Shown here: piece after piece, positions 32,585 to 40,344 of the stretch
Layout of the letters: every line of letters begins with the position of its first letter
How positions within the stretch are numbered: position 1 is the stretch's first letter
From: an uncultured Acidobacteriota bacterium
GTDB lineage: Bacteria; Acidobacteriota; Thermoanaerobaculia; Gp7-AA8
Reading direction: 5' to 3'
Length of the DNA stretch: 64,000 nucleotides
NCBI GenBank assembly: GCA_963822445.1
Contig: CAWGHO010000001.1
Location: forward strand, 256,001-320,000
Program-made: the position numbers and the translations under genes
Notes under the pieces: model-generated
Told to the model about the DNA's origin: nothing
The model's database searches: none
What the model saw: only the letters and a program-made list of their open reading frames with translations

Positions 32585-35500
32585 GGTTGTTGCTGGCCGC
32601 GCTGCTCGTCGTTGCGGCGACCGCGGGCGCCCAACCGCGTGTGCTCGACGACTTCGCGTCCGTCGACGAATGGCAGGCCCACCCTTCGTCCGAGACCGTC
32701 AAGCTCACGATCGCTTCCGATCAGGGCCGGACCGGCAAGGCCATGCGTCTCGATTTCGACTTCGGCGCCGGTGGCGGATACGCGATCGCGCGTCTGCCGG
32801 TAGCTCTCGATCTTCCCGAGAACTACGAATTCTCCTTCCTCCTGCGCGCGAAGGCACCGGTGAACACGCTGGAGTTCAAGCTGCTCGATCCTGCCGCGGA
32901 GAACGTCTGGTGGAGCGTGCGGCGGCGCCTGCGCTTCCCGGAAGAGTGGACGCGCATCCGCATCAAGAAGCGCAACCTGAAGTTCGCCTGGGGACCTCAG
33001 GGCGGCGGCGAGATCAAGCGGACCTCGGCCCTGGAGATCGTGGTGGTGGCGGTCGACGGCGGGAAGGGATCGGTCTGGATCGACGACCTCACCTTCACCC
33101 CTCTTCCGCCGGAGCGCCCTTACGACCGGATGCCTTCGATCAAGTCGAGCAAACAGCGGTACGACATCGACTTTCTCCAGCGCCGTGAATTCGGCGGCTT
33201 GATCGTTCACTGGAAGGAAGATTTCGCACGCGACTACGACGTGCTCACTTCCGTCGACGGGAAGGAGTGGGACACCGTGTGGCGCGTTCGCGGCGGTGAC
33301 GGCGGCCGCGACTACGTTCCCATTCGCGAGGGTGAGGCTCGCTACGTGCGCGTGGCCATGAACCAGGGCGGTTCCGTTGCAAAAGTGGATGTGCAGCCGC
33401 CCGGCTTTTCCGAATCGAAGAACGCGATCTTCGCGTTGATTGCCGACGACTGGCCGCGCGGAATCTATCCGCGGTATCTGCTGGGCGAGCAGTCCTATTG
33501 GACGATCGTCGGCGCGCCGGCCGACGCCGGGGAGGCCCTGATCGGACAGGACGGTGCGATCGACATCGATCCCCTTCGCTTTTCCATCGAGCCGTTTCTC
33601 TCGATGGGAAGCGACCGCTTTCTCACCTGGGCGAATACGAAATCGACCACGCAGTCGCTCGCTGACGGCGATCTGCCCATCCCCAGCGTGATCCGGGACT
33701 ACGGCGACCTCCGGCTGACCACGACCCTGTTCGCGCGCGGGGAGGCGGGGCACTCCGTGCTCTGGTCTCGCTATCGCGTCGACAATCTCGCGCCCGACCA
33801 GCGTGAGATCACGCTTCATCTCGCCATCCGTCCGTTGCAGGTCAATCCGTCGTGGCAGTTCCTGGCTGTCGAAGGCGGGTCGGCCGAGGTGCTTTCCATC
33901 GCTCGGGAGGATGACGAGATCGTCGTCAATGGCATGACCAGCATCGTTCCTCTGACGAAGCTCGAGCGGTTCGGCGCGGCGCGATTCGATCAGGGGGACG
34001 TGGTCGCCGGTCTGGCAGCAGGCCGGACACCCGCGACACAGTCAGCCTCCGATCCGTTCGGCTCCGCCTCGGGGGTGATGTCGTGGCGGATGACGCTGCC
34101 GCCCGGACAGTCGCGGGACGTCGTCATCACCATTCCCTTTCACGAGCGCCCTGCCAATCTGCCAGCGGCGCTGCCGATGGATGAAGCGGCGCGGATCGCG
34201 GACGCGGAACTGGCCGTGGCGCGCACCGAGTGGCAGAACCGGCTCGGACGTGTGGCCTTTCATCTCCCGGAAGCCGCGGCCCATGTGAGCCGCGCCATCC
34301 GAAGCAACCTCGCCTACATCCTCATCAACGCCGACGGAGCGTCCATCCAACCGGGCTCGCGCTCGTACGACCGCTCCTGGATCCGCGACGGCTCGCTGAC
34401 TTCCGCGGCGCTGCTGCGGCTCGCCCACCCGGAGGAGGTCAGGCGATTCATCGAGTGGTATGCGCAGCATCAGCGGCCGGACGGCTACGTCCCCTGTTGT
34501 GCCGGTGTCCGCGGCGGCGACCCCGTTCCCGAGCACGACAGCCACGGACAGTTCATCTACCTGATCAAGGAGTACTACGACTTCACCCGCGACCGGGCGT
34601 TCCTCGAGCGGATGTGGCCGGCCGTGCAGAAGGCGGTGCAGTACATCGACTCCCTGCGCCGCCAGCGCATGACCGCCGAGTATCAGACACCGGAGAAACG
34701 CGCCTTCTACGGACTGGTCCCCGAGTCGATCAGCCACGAGGGCTATTCGGCGAAGCCGATGCATTCGTACTGGGACGATTTCTTCGTGCTGAAGGGTCTC
34801 GACGACGCCGTGGACATCGCCGCCATCCTCGGCAAACGCGAGGAGGAAGCGCAGACCGCGAAGAGTCGCGATGAGTTTCAGCGCGATCTCTACGCCTCGC
34901 TCGACAGGGCCATGGCCATGCACGGCATCGACTACATCCCCGGCTCGGTCGAGCTTGGCGACTTCGATGCGACGTCGACCACGACCATGGTGAATCCTGG
35001 CGGACAGACGAAAAAGCTGCCGCAAAAAGCGCTGCAACGAACCTTCGACAAGTACTGGGAGAACTTCCTCGCCCGCAAGAACGGAACGAAAGATTGGGTC
35101 GACTACACGCCGTACGAGTGGCGCGTCGTGGGGACGTTCGTCCGCATGAATCAGCCCGAGCGCGCGCAGCAGGCCCTGGAGTGGTTCTTCACCCATTCCC
35201 GCCCGGCGGCGTGGAATCACTGGGCGGAGGTGGTCTTTCGAGATCCTGCCACGCCGAAATTCATCGGCGACATGCCCCACACCTGGGTCGGGTCGGACTT
35301 CATCCGCTCGGTGATCGACATGTTCGCCTACGAGCGCGACGAAGACGACGCGCTGGTTCTCGGCGCCGCGATTCCACGGAAATGGATCGACGCACCCGGC
35401 GGCGTGGGCGTGGAGATGCTGCGGACGCCGTATGGTCCGCTCACGTATTCGATGAAGAGAGAGGGAGAAGTGATCGTCGTTCACGTCGCCGCCGGATTGA

Positions 35501-35601
35501 CGATTCCCGATGGCGGCATCGTCGTCGTCTCGCCGCTCGACAGACGTGAGACCGTTTTGCGCAGACTGCCGGCCATGGTCGGCTTCCCGACTACGCCATG
35601 A
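32581..35601 (+). CDS. Exported protein with CBM/discoidin-like N-terminal domains and C-terminal six-hairpin glycosidase-like domain
   Basis: Signal peptide, F5/8-like ARDYDVLTSVDGKEW...ARYVRV, RSYDRSWIRDG, EHDSHGQ, ESISHEGY, HSYWDDF. Confidence 0.75.
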   Translation: MRLLLAALLVVAATAGAQPRVLDDFASVDEWQAHPSSETVKLTIASDQGRTGKAMRLDFDFGAGGGYAIARLPVALDLPENYEFSFLLRAKAPVNTLEFKLLDPAAENVWWSVRRRLRFPEEWTRIRIKKRNLKFAWGPQGGGEIKRTSALEIVVVAVDGGKGSVWIDDLTFTPLPPERPYDRMPSIKSSKQRYDIDFLQRREFGGLIVHWKEDFARDYDVLTSVDGKEWDTVWRVRGGDGGRDYVPIREGEARYVRVAMNQGGSVAKVDVQPPGFSESKNAIFALIADDWPRGIYPRYLLGEQSYWTIVGAPADAGEALIGQDGAIDIDPLRFSIEPFLSMGSDRFLTWANTKSTTQSLADGDLPIPSVIRDYGDLRLTTTLFARGEAGHSVLWSRYRVDNLAPDQREITLHLAIRPLQVNPSWQFLAVEGGSAEVLSIAREDDEIVVNGMTSIVPLTKLERFGAARFDQGDVVAGLAAGRTPATQSASDPFGSASGVMSWRMTLPPGQSRDVVITIPFHERPANLPAALPMDEAARIADAELAVARTEWQNRLGRVAFHLPEAAAHVSRAIRSNLAYILINADGASIQPGSRSYDRSWIRDGSLTSAALLRLAHPEEVRRFIEWYAQHQRPDGYVPCCAGVRGGDPVPEHDSHGQFIYLIKEYYDFTRDRAFLERMWPAVQKAVQYIDSLRRQRMTAEYQTPEKRAFYGLVPESISHEGYSAKPMHSYWDDFFVLKGLDDAVDIAAILGKREEEAQTAKSRDEFQRDLYASLDRAMAMHGIDYIPGSVELGDFDATSTTTMVNPGGQTKKLPQKALQRTFDKYWENFLARKNGTKDWVDYTPYEWRVVGTFVRMNQPERAQQALEWFFTHSRPAAWNHWAEVVFRDPATPKFIGDMPHTWVGSDFIRSVIDMFAYERDEDDALVLGAAIPRKWIDAPGGVGVEMLRTPYGPLTYSMKREGEVIVVHVAAGLTIPDGGIVVVSPLDRRETVLRRLPAMVGFPTTP

Positions 35602-37943
35602 CTTCAAAGATTGACGCTGTTCGCGACCGCTACGGCCGCTTCTCCGACGATGGCCGCGAGTACATCGTCACCGACCCCAACCCGCCACGACCGTGGGCGA
35701 ACCTCATCGCCAACGAGCGCCTCGGCCTCGCGGTGAGCCACAGCGGCAGCGGTTTCACCTGGGTCGACAACTCCCAGCTCGCCGTCGTGAACTGGTGGCA
35801 GCAGGACTTTGCGCAGGACACGGCCGGAAAGTTCCTCTACGTCGTCGACGGCGAGTCGAAGGAGACCTGGTCGCTCTCCCCTGCGCCGACCTGGACGCCG
35901 CTCGATCTGTACGAGTGTCACCACGGCATCGGCTACTCGGAGTTCGTGACTTCCCGCAGCGGGATCGAGGCACGGTGGACGCTCTTCGCGCACGCCAGCG
36001 AGACCGTCGAGCTGTGGCTGGTCCGCCTGAGGAACACGACTGATGTCCCTCGCAGGCTGGAGCTCACCGGCTATCTGGAGTGGTGTTGCGGCGTCACTCC
36101 CGCACCCCGCCGCGAGTTTCACAAGCTGTTCATCGAGACCGCGTTCGACCCCGCGTTGCGCTCGGTCTTCGGCTGGAGCCGGATGTGGGACATCGGCTCG
36201 AAACGCTGGGGACACTGGAACACCGACTTCCCGTACGTCAGCGGCTTCGGTACGACGGAGTCCATCGCCGCGGCCGAGGGAGACAAGTCCGAGTTCCTCG
36301 GCCGCAACGGCACGTTGCGGGCGCCGGCGGCGCTGCAGCTCGACGAGTGGCGAGGGCTTTTCGGCGCGCACTTCGACCCGGTTGCGGCGATGCGGTCGGT
36401 GATCGAGCTCGCGCCGGGTGAGGAGAAGACGATCGGCTTCGCCATCGCCGTCGATTCTTCACGCGATGGAGCAGCCGATCTCCTCCGGCGCTGGCTCGAC
36501 GTCGAAGCGATCGAGAGCGCTTTCGCCGAGGCCAAGCAGGCGTGGATCGAGAGGCTCGGGGAACATCGCATCGAGACCGGGATTTCGAGGTTCGATACGT
36601 TCATCAACGACTGGACGCGGTACCAAGCCATCTCTGCCCGCATCTGGGGACGGGCCGGCTATTACCAGCAGAGCGGTGCGTACGGCTTCCGCGATCAGCT
36701 GCAGGACTCGCAAGTCTGGCTGACCATCGATCCCGCGCGATGCCGCAGGCAGATCAACCTGCACGCGGAGCATCAGTTCGCCGACGGCTCGGTGTACCAC
36801 TGGTGGCACCCGCTGTCGGAGCAGGGGCACATCACGAAGATGACCGATGACCTGCTCTGGATGTCGTTCGTGACGCCGAGCTACATCAGGGAAACGGGTG
36901 ATTTCTCCGTGCTCGCCGATCGCGCACCGTTTCTCGACGAGGCCGAGCCGGCGCCGCTGGAGGAGCACGTGCGCCGCGCGTTCGAGCGGGTGTTTCGGCG
37001 GACCAGCGATCGCGGCCTTCCGTACATCGGCGCCGGCGACTGGAACGACGGCCTGTCCGCGGCGGGCCTCGAGGAGAAAGGAGAGTCGATCTGGCTCGCG
37101 CACTTCCTCGCCGGATGTCTCGGCGACTGGGCGGAGATTCATCGCCGCAGCGGGCGGGCGGAGTTCGCCGCCGATTACGCGCAGCGGCGCGAGCGGCTGA
37201 TTGCGGCGATCAACGAGCATGGCTGGGACGGCGGCTGGTACTGGCGGGCCACGCTCGATGACGGCAGCCGCATCGGCAGCGCAGAGAATCGCGTCGGCCG
37301 GATTTACCTCAACGCGCAGACCTGGGCGATCCTCAACGACATCGCGCCCGCCGAGCGCGCCGCGGCCTGCATGCGCGCCGTGCGCGAGCATCTGGTCAGC
37401 GAGGCCGGCGCGTTATTGCTCGCGCCCGCGTACGACACGCCCGATGAGCGGATCGGCTACATCACCAGATACGCCGCGGGACTCCGCGAGAACGGCGGCG
37501 TCTACACCCACGCCGCGACCTGGGCCATCGCCGCGGCCGCAAAGGTGAAGGACGCCGATCTGGTCGAGCGCCTGCTCACGGCCATCGATCCGACGAACAA
37601 AGATCCCGAGCGCTACTGGGCCGAGCCGTACGTGCTTCCCGGCAACGTGGACGGTCCCGGCTCACCGCTCTACGGGCGCGCGGGCTGGACCTGGTACACC
37701 GGTTCCGCGGCGTGGCTGCATCGCATCGTTGCGGAATGGGTCCTCGGCGTGCGCCCGGATTGGGACGGCCTGCGCGTCGATCCCTGCCTGCCACCGTCCT
37801 GGCGCGGCGCGCGAATGAGGCGCCGCTGGCGCGGCGCAACCTACGACATCCGCATCGAGCGCGGCGGAGAAGCAACCGGACCGTTGCTGTTGCCTGTGCC
37901 GCGGGACGGCGAAAACCACGAGGTGGTGGTTCGGATCACGTAG
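35598..37943 (+). CDS. GH94 glycoside phosphorylase
   Basis: PRPWAN, YQQSGAYGFRDQLQD, GDWNDGL, RENGGVYTHAA, WYTGSAAW. No signal peptide. Confidence 0.92.
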   Translation: MTSKIDAVRDRYGRFSDDGREYIVTDPNPPRPWANLIANERLGLAVSHSGSGFTWVDNSQLAVVNWWQQDFAQDTAGKFLYVVDGESKETWSLSPAPTWTPLDLYECHHGIGYSEFVTSRSGIEARWTLFAHASETVELWLVRLRNTTDVPRRLELTGYLEWCCGVTPAPRREFHKLFIETAFDPALRSVFGWSRMWDIGSKRWGHWNTDFPYVSGFGTTESIAAAEGDKSEFLGRNGTLRAPAALQLDEWRGLFGAHFDPVAAMRSVIELAPGEEKTIGFAIAVDSSRDGAADLLRRWLDVEAIESAFAEAKQAWIERLGEHRIETGISRFDTFINDWTRYQAISARIWGRAGYYQQSGAYGFRDQLQDSQVWLTIDPARCRRQINLHAEHQFADGSVYHWWHPLSEQGHITKMTDDLLWMSFVTPSYIRETGDFSVLADRAPFLDEAEPAPLEEHVRRAFERVFRRTSDRGLPYIGAGDWNDGLSAAGLEEKGESIWLAHFLAGCLGDWAEIHRRSGRAEFAADYAQRRERLIAAINEHGWDGGWYWRATLDDGSRIGSAENRVGRIYLNAQTWAILNDIAPAERAAACMRAVREHLVSEAGALLLAPAYDTPDERIGYITRYAAGLRENGGVYTHAATWAIAAAAKVKDADLVERLLTAIDPTNKDPERYWAEPYVLPGNVDGPGSPLYGRAGWTWYTGSAAWLHRIVAEWVLGVRPDWDGLRVDPCLPPSWRGARMRRRWRGATYDIRIERGGEATGPLLLPVPRDGENHEVVVRIT

Positions 37944-38041
37944 GGCGGCCGTCCCGGCCGCAATCCGCCGGGCGGGACGCCCGGCGGTCACAGCGCGGCG
38001 CGAAACGCGCCGCGCGAAGCGGGCGGGACGCCCGCCGTACG
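37940..38041. repeat. GTAG-type REP-like palindrome, copy 3
   Basis: 3' ~60 nt almost identical to 21257-21319. Its TAG is the GH94 stop codon. Lies between convergent genes. Confidence 0.85.
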
Positions 38042-38042
38042 C

Positions 38043-39188
38043 TTAAGGCTTCACCCAGCCCGCGAAGCCCATCTGGCCGTTCTCGATCTTAATCATCGCC
38101 ACCGGCTTCACCGGATTGCGATCCGCACCCATGGTGATCATCCCTGAGACGCCGTCGTACGCCTTCGTCGCCGCGATCTGGTCGCGGATGGCCGTGCGAT
38201 CGAGCGATCCCGCGCGCGTCGCGGCGGCGGCGAAGATCTTCAGCGCGTCGTAACCCAGAGCGGCATTCGCCTCGGGCTTCTTCTTGTGGCGCTGCTCGAT
38301 CTTCGACACGAACTGCTGCACGAGCGGCCGCGGATCGCCGACGAAGTAGTGATCGGAAAAGTACGAGCCGTCGATCGACTTCCCGCCGATCTCGATGACC
38401 GTCGGCGAGTCCCAGCCGTCGCCGCCGACCATGGGAACGGTGATGCCGAGGTCGCGGGCCTGGATGGCGATCTGTCCGACCTCCGTGTAGAAGCCGGGGA
38501 TGAACAGGACTTTCGGGTTACCGCGCTTGAGCGTGGTGAGCTGCGGCCGGAACTCTGTGTCACCGCCGGAGTAGCTCTGCGTGCCGGTGATGCGGCCGCC
38601 TAGGGCCTCGAATTCTTTCTGGAAGAACTGGCCGAGGCCGATCGAGTAGTCGTTCTTCTTGTCGATGAGGATCGCCGCGGTGTCGAGGTTCAGATTCGTT
38701 TTGACGAACGTCGCCAGGGCCTTGCCCTGGTAGGGATCGGTGAAGCAGACCCGGAAGATGTAATCGCCTTTCTCGGTGACCGCGGGGTTGGTCGATGACG
38801 GCGAGATCATGGGCACTTTCGAGCTCTGGCAGATCGGCGCTGCCGCGAGTGAATTGCTCGAAGAGTTTTCACCGATGATGGCGATGACGTTGTCGCTGGT
38901 GATGAGCTTCTCGACCACGTTCGCGGCCTGATCGGGCCGGCCCTGATCGTCTTCGATGACGAGCTTGATCTTCCGCCCCAGCACCCCTCCGGCAGCGTTG
39001 ATCTCCTCGGCCGCGAGCTTCACGCCCTGGACCGTGGCATTGCCGAACGAGGCCTGATCTCCGGTCAGCGCTGCATACACGCCGACTGGAATATCCCCTG
39101 TTGCGTCTGAGGTTTGGGCTTCGCGGTCGGGGCGGCAGGCCGTTGCCACCAGAGCGATGGCTAGCAATAACAATCGAGCGGTTTTCAC
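38043..39188 (-). CDS. Branched-chain amino acid ABC substrate-binding lipoprotein (LivJ/K family)
   Basis: Lipobox VATAC, INAAGGVLGRKI, SPSSTNP, FRVCFTDPYQG, GGDGWDS, GYDA. Confidence 0.9.
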   Translation of the reverse strand: MKTARLLLLAIALVATACRPDREAQTSDATGDIPVGVYAALTGDQASFGNATVQGVKLAAEEINAAGGVLGRKIKLVIEDDQGRPDQAANVVEKLITSDNVIAIIGENSSSNSLAAAPICQSSKVPMISPSSTNPAVTEKGDYIFRVCFTDPYQGKALATFVKTNLNLDTAAILIDKKNDYSIGLGQFFQKEFEALGGRITGTQSYSGGDTEFRPQLTTLKRGNPKVLFIPGFYTEVGQIAIQARDLGITVPMVGGDGWDSPTVIEIGGKSIDGSYFSDHYFVGDPRPLVQQFVSKIEQRHKKKPEANAALGYDALKIFAAAATRAGSLDRTAIRDQIAATKAYDGVSGMITMGADRNPVKPVAMIKIENGQMGFAGWVKP

Positions 39189-39233
39189 GATCGCGAGTTT
39201 ACCCCGGCGCTCATCTGAAAGGATTGACCACAA

Positions 39234-39791
39234 ATGCAGGCCAACGACATCCGCAAAGGCATCGTGATCGTGTTCGACGGAGACCTGTGCAAGGTGATGG
39301 AGTTCCGCCATCACACTCCCGGAAACCTGCGAGCAATGGTTCAGGCCAAGCTGCGGAACCTCCGTACCGGCTCGCAGTTCGAGCACCGTTTCCGCTCGAA
39401 CGACGACATCGAGCAGGCGTTCATCACCCAGCACGAGATGGAGTACATGTACTCCGACGGTCACGCTCACCACTTCATGAACACGGAGAACTTCGAGCAG
39501 ATCGAGATCAGCGAAGACGACCTGGGTGACGCCGCGGTTTGGCTCGAGCCGGGCGTGAAGCTTCAGGTGCAGTTCCACGAGACCCGCCCGATCGGCGTGG
39601 AGCTTCCCAAGACGCTGAAGGTGCGCATCAAAGAGACCCAGCCGATGGTCAAGGGAGCGACGCAGTCGTCGTCGTACAAGCCGGCCGTCCTCGAGAATGG
39701 CGTGACCGTGCAGGTGCCGCCGTTCGTGACGGAAGGCGAAGAGATCATCGTCGACCCGAGCGACAACCGGTACCTGGAACGCGCGCGCTGA
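39234..39791 (+). CDS. efp: Translation elongation factor P
   Basis: HTPGNLRAMVQAKLRNL, FMNTENFEQ, KPAVLENG, VPPFV, YLERA. Confidence 0.95.
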   Translation: MQANDIRKGIVIVFDGDLCKVMEFRHHTPGNLRAMVQAKLRNLRTGSQFEHRFRSNDDIEQAFITQHEMEYMYSDGHAHHFMNTENFEQIEISEDDLGDAAVWLEPGVKLQVQFHETRPIGVELPKTLKVRIKETQPMVKGATQSSSYKPAVLENGVTVQVPPFVTEGEEIIVDPSDNRYLERAR

Positions 39792-39796
39792 CCTCG

Positions 39797-39858
39797 GTGT
39801 AGTGTGGGCGTCCGCGCCTACCCCCGCCCGGAAGTAGGCGAGGACGCCCACACTACAC
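39797..39858. repeat. GTAG-type palindrome of a second family
   Basis: 17-bp perfect inverted repeat gtgtagtgtgggcgtcc / ggacgcccacactacac plus inner cgcctac/gtaggcg. Confidence 0.8.
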
Positions 39859-39862
39859 GACG

Positions 39863-40300
39863 ATGCCCACCGTCAACTTCCTCTGCCTCAGATGCGAAAA
39901 ACGGCTTTCCCGTGAATCGGGCGAGCCGCCGCGCGTTTGCGAGCATTGCGGCGCGGACACATCGATCACCGCGCCTCCGGCCGGCGCGATCATCAGCCGC
40001 TGCGCGGCCTGCGATCACGATCAGCTCTACTTTCAGAAAGACTTCAATCGCACGACCGGTATCGCCCTGGTGGCCGTCGGCGCGGTCTTCGTCCCCTGGA
40101 CCTGGGGCCTCTCCCTCCTCGGCGTCACCATCCTCGACTACATCGTCTGGCGGCTGGTGAAGGACGTCATCGTCTGCTACGAGTGCCAGGCCGTGCACCG
40201 CGGCTACCCGCCCAATCCCGAGCTGAAACCGTTCGATCTGGTGATTCACGACCGGCACGTTTACGGCGCGGCGCCACCAGGGGCGGAAGAAGGGCATTAA
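39863..40300 (+). CDS. Hypothetical zinc-ribbon membrane protein
   Basis: Four CxxC pairs flanking a hydrophobic hairpin. Confidence 0.7.
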   Translation: MPTVNFLCLRCEKRLSRESGEPPRVCEHCGADTSITAPPAGAIISRCAACDHDQLYFQKDFNRTTGIALVAVGAVFVPWTWGLSLLGVTILDYIVWRLVKDVIVCYECQAVHRGYPPNPELKPFDLVIHDRHVYGAAPPGAEEGH

Positions 40301-40344
40301 GGTTGTCTTGGCGGCCTTGGGCGTGGTCTGATCGCCCAGGTCCC

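Noticed and set aside
39189-39851. N-terminal extension of the 602-aa LivJ-type ORF
   Set aside because: Antisense to efp. The lipoprotein signal and -10 box point to GTG 39188.
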